Source: Camelus dromedarius (lineage: Eukaryota). From it: DNA of 64,000 nt. This document shows, piece by piece, positions 14,781 to 27,666 of this stretch. The notes beneath the pieces are model-generated. The model searched no databases and was not told where the DNA came from. It worked only from the letters and a program-made list of their open reading frames with translations. The DNA lies in NCBI RefSeq assembly GCF_036321535.1, contig NC_087436.1, positions 66,776,001 to 66,840,000 on the forward strand, written 5' to 3'. The translations under genes were made by a program, and so were the position numbers. Numbering within the stretch: position 1 is the stretch's first letter; each line of letters opens with the position of its first letter.

Positions 14781-15577
14781 AGCATTTGGATCTATAAGGG
14801 CCTGTACTTTGGATTTTAAAAAAAAAAACCTCTGAAACTTTTCATCTGCATGATCTATAATTATCTTTTGAATTAAGCGGCTTTAAATTTGGCTTCTGTT
14901 ATGTGCAACCAAAGGAATCCAGCTCAAAAACACATAGTGACAATGCTGGAAAGGTAGTTTGAAGCATATTTTCAAGAGAGCTGAACCCAGTTTCACTCTT
15001 CCAGTAATATGGTCATTGGACATTTCCTGAGAATGTACAGTAGAATCTGAGATGAACACATATCTATTAGGGGAGACACATAAAATGATGAACTAAAATT
15101 ACTCTAACTGGGAAAAAAGTTTTGAGGGAAAACAAGAGTGAAATTAGCTAGCTTTCACAATATCAGGAATGGTCATGGGGTAGGTTACATCTGATACATG
15201 TCATTCTAAAACAGATAACAGTTTACCAGGTGTAATTTTCAAGTGTAGAATGGAGGGAAAATTCACTTAACCCGGTGTATTTTTTATACTTTATTGCCAA
15301 GAAATCACTGACATAAACTTCTAAGAGTTATTTTATTCATATTACCAATCCATTTAGAAAGTTTTTCAATGTTAATACCATTATTTTCAGTAGTAGAAAA
15401 TCAATGACTTTACATACAAGAGTTCAGAGTTTCACCAAAATCATATAGTTGAATGACTATATGTCATGGGAAAGTTATATAGTGAAGAGCAAGGGTATTA
15501 AGTTTAGAGCTGTGTTCAAGACCCAGGCCCTCACTAACTAAATGTGTAATATAACTTATGTTCTAGATGTTGACCTA

Positions 15578-15604
15578 GGGGCAGGGGCAGGGGCAGGGGC
15601 AGGG
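15578..15604 (+). repeat. (GGGGCA)4GGG hexamer repeat
   Basis: Read directly from the sequence. Confidence 0.9.
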
Positions 15605-15975
15605 AGCCCAGAGATAGAAATCCCTGTCATTTTGGATCTTATATTCTAGTATGGGAGACAGACACAAAAATCAACCGAAGAAATATATGTGTGTGTGTGT
15701 GTATGTGTGTGTGTATGTATTTGTAATGCATAATAAATATATATGTGTTTAATGACAAAGAGTGTTATGAAGAGACAGATTAGCGTAAGGGAGATCTGAT
15801 GAGCAGAGGAAGGACTCATAGGTCATCATTTCAGTAAGTACAACTAAGAGAATGAGATTGAGCAAAGACAGAAGGAGGAAGCCATGCTGTTCTCTGGGGC
15901 AGGGGAGTTTTAGGCAGCAAGTAGAGCCAGTGCAAAAGCCTTAAGACTGGACTATTTTTGTAACAGTCAAGAAAC
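15605..15975 (-). mobile_element. L2 LINE fragment interrupted by a (TG)n microsatellite
   Basis: 'tccctgtcatttggatcttatattctagtatgggagacagac' and 'agccagtgcaaaagccttaag' L2 motifs; (TG)n at about 15688-15720. Confidence 0.6.
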
Positions 15976-18900
15976 AGAAAGAAGATACATTTTGTGAAGT
16001 ATAAATTGGAAATAGCGCTAATAGTGAGACACAGTGTTGTGAGATATTACATAACAATGCCTAACAGTAGGTAGCATGTAATTCATGCTAGACGATTTTA
16101 TATTTATTATTATCAGTAATTCTATTGTGTTTCTCCATTAGGCAAAGAGGATTCCCTGAAGGTTTTCGAATACCTCCAAGCCTTTAAAAATCATTCACTT
16201 AACAGGCTCTTATTCTTTGATATCAAATGTGGGCAGGGCTTGGGCACTTGTTTGAATTAAATAATTGCATTCAAAATGCCTGTATAAATATTTTATTGGA
16301 CTCCAAATGAGCCTGAAGAAAAGTTTCTAAATCCTGTGGATTTTACCACCAAGCTATTGTTTTTCGTAACATAAGAATTGTGGCAGGCATTTAATAAGAA
16401 GTCGAATGTTTCTTGAATTAATGAATCAGACCACTATTTTGGTCCAAAGAAAAAGAGTTAACATGAAGGAAATGATTCTAATCTAAGTTCTTCTCTTTAT
16501 CCCTAACTCTTAATTCTGTTTATAAAATTCTATCCATTTATCAGACTACTAATTTAAAATGGAACACTCTGAAAAAAGGATACTGCCTTTTTATTTCACA
16601 TGCCTGGGGCTTTTCTGGGTGTTTGATGTGCAATAGACACTCAATATATATCTGTAATGGTGTCATTTACAACCTGTTAGACTTTAAGAGATTTGAAAAA
16701 AATTACAAAAGCTAAATTTTAATATCATTTTTAAGTAACAAAAAATCTAAAGCAGTGTTTTCATAAATCTACTTTTTTCTCTAAATTTCTGACATGATCT
16801 GAGTAACTTAAATTTGTTCCTGGCCTTCAAGTAGAATGGCCACTGACTCCTGAAAAATTTTTTGCCTCAGGAAATTATGAGATATTTCAAATGGATTGAG
16901 TTTCAATTGTTTAATGAAAGACAAAGGGAAATAGGATTTAGCATGTCCAGCCACAGGATTTGAACATGACCAGGACAAACAAGGGAAGATTTTTTTTTTT
17001 TTTTTGGCCAGGAAAATAGTTAATCCTTTTTACAGGAATTAAGCCACCCCTTAGACTAAATTTATCATCTCAGGACCATCAGAGCATTAAAGTGACACAT
17101 GAATAGCTTTAGAGTCATATCCAAAGCTAAGCAGCTTGAAGGATTCCTTCTGCCTCTTCAAGAGCTATAACTTCTTGGTTTTGTTTTCCAATTTTAAGAT
17201 TGGCAAACAGCTTTACCTTTTCTTGTGTTTATATGCAAGAACACATGCACATAAGTGTGGGCATGCATGTGTGTAATGTGTGTGTCTTTAACCTCTGAGG
17301 GTACATGTGGAATTAATAGAATTAAAAAAGTAAGCTCTGAAATTTTCTTAAGATTTCATTAAATTCATAAACAACTAATAAAAGAAACAAAGTATTAAAA
17401 TATATTCTTTAATCCCAGGGTGTCTATATTGAGTAAGGTTCAAAGAAGAAACAGTTTCTGCACACTGACAGAAAGATGTTTTCCTTTGTATTTTTTATAC
17501 CTCTAAATCCTGTTAGTTTAAGCTTTATATCAGACAAAGAAGTGTCTAGTAATCAATTTTTAGAATTAGGCCCCACGTTTGAAACAGGGACACAGGAAAA
17601 AAAATCCAGTTTAATAGTATGAATGATTGTCTTCAAAGGAAGGAAAAAGAGGGGAAGGTCACAGTAGAAGCCTTTCTCAAACATGTAATTAGAAGAGTCT
17701 GGAGATGACAATCATTGGTTGAAAGATTGATCAGTTAAACAATTTATATCTATATCTATAAATTATATGTATATATCTATAAAATCACATATAAAATAGA
17801 AAAGTCCACAAAATTAGGGTATAATAAGAAAGTTATCAATGTGCAATGTCATTACCAATAAAAGAGAAAGATTAAAAAACAATTACAACATGCTGTGCAT
17901 ATCAAGGGGTTTAATTTATTTTCAGCCCAGGGTAATTAGCTCATAGTTTGCATAGGACAAGTCAATTGTTTTGTAGTCCCATGAAAACACTAGTTAAAAG
18001 TAATTGGCAAGAAAGTAAAAAATAAAGTCTGAATTCTGCAGAAAATGCTCTATGGAAAATTTAGCACCTTTAAACAAGATGATCACATGAATTCTAGAAC
18101 TGATAGACTCCTAAGATATTAGAATTCTTTGCCATTTTAAAAATAGAACTTTTTTCTTTCAGGATTGATACTTATCTATATTATTTTAACTGTATCTAGG
18201 TAAGAGACTCCAAGAGGTCTCTTTGTAATCAATTTTAGCCTAAAAAGATTAGAAAATCTCTATATTTGATTTATTTTTCATTTTCAAAATATTTTAGAAT
18301 AAGATAGTTTTTTTTTCTTTGAAATAGATTATTCTCACAGTAGTCAATGTGTTGTATTCCTGATTTTTCCCTATAATCTGAATAAAAACTTAAATTGTCA
18401 GTGAATATGTGCCTTCAAGATATATTCTCTCCTGGCCCACATGATGTTATAAATTGTCAACAAATATTACATACAAATGATATTAATATTTTGGCAATAC
18501 ATCAAAATTAATTTGTTTATATCACCAGTAAGCAGTCAAATTATTTGCAATTAAAAGACATGTCATCTAGGAGCAAATATCTGGTTTACAATATATTCAG
18601 GAGGTTAAAAAGTGACAAAACAAAGTAAGTTCAAAGTGAGACAAGAGTCTAAATATTATAATTTTGTGTTTATCAATCATGTTTTAGCACAGTGACGAAT
18701 GAGAAATATACATAATTCTATGTCTTTAGACCATTCCTAAGACAGAATTTTTTCAATAATTTTCTAATGCTTAAAGATAACTCCCCAAATTTATGTTAGG
18801 TTTCATCCACATCTCTTCATTTAGTTTTTCTTTTATTTGCAAGACTTTACTGAGTTAATTCGGTATAGTCTAGGTACTATGAGGTAGATAAGATTTTCTT

Positions 18901-21565
18901 AGTCTCAACAAAAATTGTAAAGTTCATTGTCTTGAATGAGATAGGAAAAGCCCTTCGAAAATCCCATCGTTTAGCTTTTGATAAGTATATTTATATGATA
19001 GAAACATAAAATAACCTGTCCATGAAAAGTAAAATAAAATGACATTTTATTTTAAACATTTCTATCATAAGACAAATGTCCTCTGAAATTCAAGAATGTG
19101 CTTTCAATAAAATGAAGTAGCAAAAGTTGCATGCAAAAAATTTGCTGGTAAAAAAATATAAATCTCAGTGTAATGAAATTAAATTAAGAAAAAATTTAAT
19201 ATGAATGAAAAACACGCACATTTATCAATATTGCTATTTTTAAAAAGTAATATACTTCTGGAAGACAGTATATCCAAAACTTATTTTATGAAGACTTGGA
19301 TTTAGTCATGCTGAAAATTAAGCTTTTTCTCTTGGGTATAGATTTTTTTTTGTATAACCAAGAAATACACTAAATATTTCTATTTACTAAAAACTAACAT
19401 ACTAAAATTTAGTTATTCTCATACAGCAGTTTCAGATACATATGGAATTCATGTGTATGCGTGTGTATGTGTGTGTGTACGTGTGTGATAAAGCTGTACT
19501 ATCCTTCAGGTCTCAAACGGTAGACAGATTGAACCTTCTCTGAAACACATTGTCTAATGCTGCGTATGTAACAAGTGCATTGCTTTTAAGTCACTTTTGT
19601 ATATATATATTTTAGGGAAAAAATTGGGGGAGTAATTTCAGAGGTTGATTCGTATGCAGGTAAATGAGAATCCGTAGCTGAATATCATCAGTAAATTCAC
19701 ATTGACAATACTTCGGTTAAATAGATATAGTGTGCTAATTCTACAATAAAACACTTCCTGTATTTTACTTGTCCTTTAATAAACCCTCAAACGCACTAAT
19801 TTATTCGACTCTATACCTTGGCTCTTTCCTCCATTTTCATTCAGTGGATCCAACAAATAAAATATCTTCTTACAATCCCCATGTCCTATAACTAACACTT
19901 CTGGATTTATTGGAAAGGAAGAAGCCAACCCATATCTCAGTCAGAAGTAAATAAATGATATTACAAACCAGCTTTGCAAATGTATCCTAGTTATTCACCC
20001 TGTTGAGGTAGAAAAGACACATTATCTCATGGTAGTTTTCTGAGTAGTTACAGTCCACTCAATTATCTTACTTGATCAAAATCTGAGCAAAGTTTTTATG
20101 ACAAGACTGGTGGAATTAGCTTATCTTCCAGAAAGCATCTACTGTACAGAGGTAGAGCACTCTCCCCAGGTGACTTCAGAGAGAAGAGGTCAGTGTGGCA
20201 CTAGACAGCCAGGCTTCTGGCTGGGGAGGGTCAATAAATACCAACTGCTTCCCAGCTAGAAATTCTGAAAATGTGTCACTGCTATTCTAATGCTAAAAGT
20301 AAGCAATGGATTTCTATGTACATTCTTAAGAAAACTTTGAATACTTGTAAATGAACAAGAACTAGAAGAAAGGGAATTTTCAGAAAAGAGGAAGGATCTT
20401 CAAAGGAAGTAACAGTGTTTTATGAAAATAAAATATCACTACTGTAATTTAAGGATGTAGTAATAAATCTTTTCAGAACACAATATGCAACCTATTGAAA
20501 ATGCCTAATTCTATGTATTTATGAGTTGAATAGGTGCTAAAGAATCAAAAGTAAATGAGTAAAACAGTAATAAAATCGATATGGATATTAATTTTCTGAC
20601 TTTTCTTGGATCTTATAGTATATTTTCTGCATATTTGCATATTTGTGCAGGTTTAAATATTTCCATGAAGATTTTCATCAGGTTTTTGATAACAGTCTAA
20701 CACCAAAACATTTTCAAATGAACAGCTCTCATTACTAAGTAGCCATTCTAACAATGGCCTGGATGAAAAATGAAAATATGTTTGTTGTAGGAATAGAGCA
20801 CACTCATGCTTTTATTTGTTTCTCTATTTTTTTTTTAGGAAAGTTGACTATGCTCAGCTCAACGTCAGTAAATATCTTTACACAACCTCTTGTTGGGGCG
20901 CTACCTCTTTTATTTTTGTTCAAAATGAAAAATGTAAATATGTAATACACATATTAATGTATCTACTGATATAACATTGAATAAAATTCACTTCAAGTCA
21001 GTATACACTATGATTGATGCATTCAGGTTGAAATCACTAAGAAGCTGAAAATAAATGCCGTCATAATAAAGGGTTGGTTATTTCTCAAAATGCTTGTTTG
21101 CCAGAGTTTCCACTTTGTATCCATCATCCTATTAGGATAGAATGCTGGGTAACTAGAATTATTATCCTATTCCTCTAAAATGCCAAGCACAGACACAGGC
21201 CCTCCAAAACACTAAAACTGAAGCTTTTGAGAGAATATTTCAATAAATAGTTTTGAGAGGAAAATTAAATTCAGATTAAAGTAAAAAAACTATATCGAAA
21301 AAAGATATGGCTATATTAATGACATAATAAATACTAACAGTACTATTCTTGTGAAGCTAGCATAGCTGGAAAAGAGAAATCATGTGCTTAAAAGTTAGTA
21401 CTCACATGGACAATTAAAGCTTAAGAAATACATCAAACATTGAGGTTATCTACTGATATATTGCTTGTCTGATTTGTTTTGGGATGTGCTTAACAGCCAA
21501 ATGGTCAGATCAAGGTAAGGAAGAGATCAGCTGCAAAAGTTCGGAATCACAGCTTTCTGTCTTAC

Positions 21566-21671
21566 CTTCCACTGAGGAGGAAGCCGATAACCACCGCCAA
21601 CAAAATGACTCCCACTGTCACAGACACAGCAATTATAGGAATCTGGCTTTGATCGCTGGATGCTGCAACTG
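21566..21671 (-). CDS. EPHA5: EPHA5 transmembrane exon (probably exon 8): (F or SV)AASSDQSQIPIIAVSVTVGVILLAVVIGFLLSG
   Basis: Hydrophobic helix matching the EphA5 TM segment. Tandem acceptor cag|cag| gives a start at 21671 (106 nt) or 21668 (103 nt); donor AG|gtaaga; phase 1 to 2. Confidence 0.96.
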
Positions 21672-23316
21672 CTGATAGGAGACACAGAAAATGGAGCTTG
21701 TGGTTAAAGTGATCATATGCATTCAAATAAGAGCTGCTTAATAGCCGGTAATCAATGCATGGTTTAAGCCATTCACCCACATTTGGCTGAGATTTCCCAC
21801 TAATAATCTCTTCTCAATGGTGTGTAATTGAAAAGACATCTTTAGGAGAAAATATTTATTCTCCAAATGGAAATTTGGAAGAACTGCTAAGTCACTGATC
21901 ATTTCCTTGTCATCATAAAAAATGAATGTAATTGTTTGCATGGTACTCATTTAGGGATCTTACATTTGCAAGATAAAATGTAGCTTAGTCCTTGATTTCA
22001 AACACCTCTTAAATAGGAGGTGCTAAGTATATGACATTTTTAGAGTTTGCATGAGGCTGTTCTCTAGGAAAAAAACAATCTCATTTTCTCCGATAGGGTT
22101 TTTTCTCATAGACAAGGTTGAAATGCCCAAAATGTCCAAAACAATGTAGCTATGACTTCACTAAAGTTAAATACGATATCACTATTCTGAATATAATTTT
22201 AAAAGTTGTAATTTCTAACAGAATATAATCACTAAATATACTTTATAAGAAGGACCACTTTTTCAAAACTATCAAGGCCATTTAGAACTTTAAGCCTGCA
22301 GTAAGATTAGATTTGTTTTCATGATTTTTTTTAATACACGGATTTAGATGAAATATTTTATATTTTAATAACACCATTACCATAATAAGAGGAATATGGA
22401 CATAATTAGATAGTTGTACCTAAAAAAAAGCAAATGAATTTTTCTTTTGTCAGGATAACTAAGCCTGATTAAAATAAGAAACCTATAGATAAAAATAAAT
22501 TTTATTGATATTCTTGAGAAATCTTCAATAGGATACCTAACATGTTTATTGTTTAATGACATTATCATTTTGATAAATTCAGAGTGGCATTAGTTCATTT
22601 CCATGACAACAAATTTTAAGTCATCCAAGCTAACAACAACCATACTTCTCGTGTTTTGTTTCTTATAATCTTACAATCTGATCTTGGCCCTATCAATAGT
22701 TTGGGCATTCAAATGGCTCCCTTCCTAGTCTTATCACGTCTTCATTGATTTTTTTCAATCAAAATTGACTGACTCTCTGACAACCTGTTTACACTGATCT
22801 ACACTTTTAACCCTTTCAGATCAATCTTCTAGAACCCGGTATCATCAACAACTGGTTTATGTACAAGAAAAACTATTATTTGCAATCCAAATCTATGCCC
22901 TCCCTCTTCTTGGATGATAATAGTTGCAATACAATGTCTCTTTACCCTGCTTTTTCCTATTCTCTGATGCTGAGGTGTGTGGTAGAGAATTTGTTATTGG
23001 TGAGCAGTATAATGGAGTAAGGCAAAGCTACCCCACTACCACTAGCAGCCTTTCCCAGGATTTGCCTTATTAAATTCTAAATTCAGGTTACTTATTTTCT
23101 CAGTTTTTAACTTTCTTTTTGGCAGGTGGCATTGTTTCTAGAGAAATCCATGAAGACTTGGCCCAAATAAGTTCAATGTTATTTTGTTTGGGCTCCAAAG
23201 CTTTTGACTCTCTCTTTTGATTTCCTAACAAAATCATCCCCATAATGAGTCTTCCTTGTTTTCTCAGTACACTAATCCATTCCCACTTCCCAAATTGTAG
23301 AAATGTTAAGCTTCAT

Positions 23317-23439
23317 GGGGAAAGGTATAGCTCAAGTGGTAGAGTGCATGCTTAGCATGCATGAGCTCCTTAGGTTAAATCCCCAGCACCTCCTTTAAGA
23401 ATAAACTACCTCCCCCCACCAAAAAAAAACCCCAAAACC
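23317..23439 (+). mobile_element. Camelid tRNA-derived SINE (Vic-1-like)
   Basis: GGGGAAAGGTATAGCTCAAGTGGTAGAGTGCATGCTTAGCATGCATGAG head; A-rich tail; 19-bp TSD with 2 mismatches (23298-23316 and 23440-23458). Confidence 0.88.
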
Positions 23440-24930
23440 TAGAAATGTTAAACTTTATAGATAAAAGAGAGGGATCGAGTCTGAACTCCATGGTTAAAAA
23501 TAACTCCATACCTTTCTTTGGCTTTACCTAACTCCACTGTTAAAATCCTTCTTGTCTCTTCCACGACCTTGATCCTTAAAAATCTCAACCTGGGAGAGAT
23601 TTTCATTTTCTTACAGGCAGCTTCTCTGCTACTTACCACCCAAACAGATGATTCTTCTTGGGGGGAACAGATCCTTATACCTAAACTTACTGATATTATT
23701 AGTGCTATTTTAATCATCAGTATGCATCTTCTTTAACTCCCTATTAGATTATAATCCTTGAGAAGAGAGGGATTGGGCTTTAAAGTCATTTGAGTCACTC
23801 ATTGTACCTACAGTACCCAGTACCTAGAGTGAAAACTCTTGATGCGTAGGAAGTCAATAAGATAAATTTTAAAATAGTGAACAAAACTATTATCCCCAAA
23901 GAGTTCTTGACACAAATATTCCATTATTCAGAATTAAACAGACTGTATTCTTACTCTCTGGAGGTAAGTTTCCATGTATTACTCATCTTAGTTTCTGCAG
24001 AGTCTAGCAAAGCCAAGCACATAATAGCACATTCTTGCTGAATTATATCCAGAAGGTTTCTACATGAAGATCAAAGGGGATGGGTATGTAATAGATACTT
24101 AGTGCAAAGAAAAAGTCATTCTTAAAATGCTCGGAAATACATGTACACCAACTCAAGTAAAAATAAAATTCCACACTAAATGTAGGAGGAAATACATCCC
24201 TAAGATGTTTAATTATCTATTAATCAAAAACCTGCTTTTGTACTAAAATATTTGTGTGATACTTCTTTCCCTCTAGAAATTATGTAGGAAAAAATTTAGA
24301 AGTAGACATTCTTAGGTGAGATTTTGTAAAATATACAGAAAATGACTTCATATTAGTTCTCTCAAAGATCAGGCTGATGGATATTGGCACACTTAGAAAT
24401 TACTATTTGATAAAAAAAAGTAAGGGAAGGAATATCAAATAGTCTGAAGAAAAACTAGTCACTGAACATGCCAACATTCTAAAACTATGTGGAATTTTAC
24501 TATCTTTTAATATGAGATTTTTCATTTGTATAGTTATTCAAGCACTCAAGCATATTGTGAGATATTACTCTATGGCTTTTTTCCCAGAATTGGAGAACCA
24601 CATAAGCATTATACATTACTAATGGTACATAAATAGCAGCAAAGCCTATTAGGGTGACCAGTTTATATCATATGTGTTTTGTCATAAATCCAAATCAGGA
24701 TTCAAGGTATGAAAGTAAATAATCCACTACCAATATTACATAAATTTTCTGACTGATTACATCTATTCTTATCAAATCTATTAAGAAACTCTTCTAAATA
24801 GCTCTAAATGTTCAAATTCCAATACTTTCAATTAAACATGGGACTTTCCTTGGAAAGAATTTATTATTTTTCAAAATGGCACCCTAATCTGTATAAAATC
24901 AAGTGAATGTATACTTAGACAGCTATTTTT

Positions 24931-25036
24931 TTAACATTTTTTATTGATTTATAATCATTTTACAATGTTGTGTCAAATTCCAGTGTTCAGCACAATTTTT
25001 CAGTCATTCATGGACATATACACACTCCTTGTCACA
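24931..25036 (-). mobile_element. Severely 5'-truncated young L1 (3' terminal 106 bp)
   Basis: L1 3' end on the minus strand (...gacacaacattgtaaaatgattataaatcAATAAAaaatgttaaaa); perfect 16-bp TSD ttagacagctattttt at 24915-24930 and 25037-25052. Confidence 0.88.
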
Positions 25037-26071
25037 TTAGACAGCTATTTTTAAAGTAATAAAAATTATTTTCTATATAATTCAGTTAAACATGCTTTAA
25101 AAAGAAGTATAACTTCATCTTCTAAAGACCTATGTTATATAGGTTTATGGAAATTTTAATTTAATAATTCTTCTGTTCATTACAAAGTAAATCTACTAAC
25201 TAAGCTCTCATTTTTCATTGATTTTCAAAGGGAGAAAATACATGTTTTATTTTCATTTTAAAATCACTAATTCTTACATAACTTGAATATAAAAAGTACA
25301 TATTATGTGTATATATGTATTGTGTGTGTATAAACATATACATTTACACATATTTGACAGTTCACAGTACTTCTATGTGTTATTTTCTTCATAACAAGAC
25401 TTTAATAGTGTCAGTTCTTCCATCTATAAACAAGGCAAGTTATTGCCTTCTTCTAATCCTGCTTTCAATGTATGCTTTAGGGCAAGTAAGTAATCTAAAT
25501 TTTATTTTTGACATTTAAGAAGAAAAAGTTTTAATGCCATTTTCACTATTTTATGAAAAAAAGAAGGTACAAGAAGGGTCTTCCAGAAATATTTCCAGAC
25601 CCTCCACTCAGAGATGCTGCTAGAGATTTAGATTTTTTTAGAACAATCACACTGGTTCCTGAAAGCACCATTTTCTTGCCAAACTCAGTATTAATGAAAG
25701 TCCCCTGTGGAATTTTCATGGAAAGACTAAGCCTTGTAGCCTAGTTCAAGTAAAAATTAAATGCCAATAATTCAATGAAGTATGGCAGCAGTGGAAAGAA
25801 AGTCTTTAAAAGCAAGGTTTAAACATTTCTTAAGGGTCTCCTGATGCTTCATCTCCCAGTAGACTAAAAGCAATGAGGAGCGGGGACTGATGTGTTAACC
25901 CGCTAACCTACCATAATAGCATGACAGATGCTTCCTACCTGAAGGGGTCATTCCTGGGGGAAAGAGAAGAAGCAGGAGACTGACAGAATGCCCAGGGAGA
26001 GTATTGATCCACTGACTCTTTTCTGGTAACCATTACAGAGACATGAGTTGACAGTAATTAAAATGACTTAC

Positions 26072-26231
26072 ACACTGGGATGGTTTCAAACTCAAATCTT
26101 CGACTGAAGACACCGTAGCCTGCTGCTGTGCGTGCTCGAATTTGGAAGACATATACTGAAGCCGGTTTCAAGCCCTCTGCAGTTATAGTTGTCTCTTTAG
26201 ATTTGATAATTGTATAGCTGGTCTCTTGGTC
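26072..26231 (-). CDS. EPHA5: EPHA5 internal coding exon (probably exon 7), C-terminal half of the 2nd FN3 domain: [53 protein letters not shown]
   Basis: Absent from the ORF track; translated by hand. Eph motif GLKP...[14 protein letters not shown]. Acceptor ...taatccaag|, donor |gtaagt; 160 nt, phase 0 to 1, in frame with both neighbouring exons. Confidence 0.96.
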
Positions 26232-27559
26232 CTTGGATTACACATGCACATAGAATAAAAAGAAGTCAATATATGCATTACTAATGACAGCAAAACTTAG
26301 AATCAAAGATCAGAAAAAGAATGAGAAACTGATAGAACTGCTATTAGTACAAATAAGATATTCTAGGAAACAAAAGAAACCTACACATCCTAGATGTGTT
26401 ATTTATATAGAAACTTAAAGTATTTTCTAGAACTCAAAGAGGGTGGATATCTTCTCCACTCATTCACCACACTTACTTTGGGCAGAAATAGATATGTAAA
26501 ATTTTTAAATTCAACTTCCAGGAGATAAGTTATTTTACAGACTCTATTTTAGCACTGCTCATCATGTGCACATTTTTCTAATAAACGTTTTATTGAAGCA
26601 CGTCTAATGTGTTACTGGTTCACAGACAAAGGTGAAAATATATCACATACTTCCAGGTAAGACCTATGCCTTTTATCTTTAGTGAATTTGATTTCTAGTT
26701 ATATTTAGGGCTTGGGAGAAGGAATGAGTGTGTTACTAAAGAACTTTAATTTCACGTCACTAAGTCTAAACACGGAGCAGTAAAGAAAAAATACAAATAA
26801 GCAACAATATATTTTTCCTTTTTAAAATCTTTCTATTTTTTCATATTTATGTGTTTGGGTTGAGTTAGCAGTGAATGGAAATGAAGTGGGGAAAAATGTC
26901 ACTGGAAAGATAATTTTGGAAAGTGAAATAAAGAGGAACTGTTCCTATTTTGACTGTTAACAAAAGTCTAGGCAAACCACCTATAATTCATCATTACCTC
27001 TGAAGTTACCATGCTGAACATAAAATTTTGGGTTAATAAAGATTTAAAACACACAAAGTCCTTGTTTTGAATTTTTTCTCCCTTTATATTTTTCTGTGTG
27101 AATTCTTGGTTAAACTTGTTTCTTCCTTAAGGTCTTTCTACATTTATTAAATTTCTGATAGATACTATAGGATGAATTAAAAATAGGTATGCTTAGAGAT
27201 TTTTTCCCCCTTGTAAAGAACTGGTCTTATAATAACTTAATTGATCACTGTAAACTGTTGTTTTCAGGGAATTTTGCCTTGACAGGCAGAAAAATGTATT
27301 GATTTTTTAAAAAGATCTAAGGGGAATAACATGTAAAGTATTTCTTTTTCCTATATGAGAAGAAAATGGAAAGCAAGAATATAGTTTTTTTTTTCAAGCA
27401 CTCTAATAAGGAATAAGGTTATTATTTAATCTCCCTAATGCCATTAAAATGTAAAACAAATGCAAATCACATCCCTTGTCCCTTGAAATTTACAGCACAC
27501 CATTCTGTGCCTTTAGTGTGGACACTGAAATCATGTGCTAAACTACAGCAAGCCCATTT

Positions 27560-27666
27560 GTACGTTTATCCTCAGTTTCTTTATCTGTACAATTGGGGTA
27601 GAAATTGGTGCCTGGATTTCCTTATAGAAATGTTATAAGAATGAAACAAGGCAATGTATGTGAAGA
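27560..27666 (+). mobile_element. MIR SINE, split by an LTR insertion (appears to resume at about 28219-28245)
   Basis: MIR core 'cctcagtttctttatctgtacaattgggg...gcaatgtatgtgaa'. Confidence 0.6.

Noticed and set aside
1..21565. Next EPHA5 exons (Cys-rich alternative juxtamembrane exon and RCGYSKAKQD exon)
   Set aside because: I could not find matching sequence by eye; they are presumably beyond the left edge. TBLASTN would settle it.
23317..23395. tRNA gene-like sequence (also 11265-11338)
   Set aside because: Has a SINE body, A-rich tail and TSDs, so it is a tRNA-derived SINE rather than a tRNA gene.
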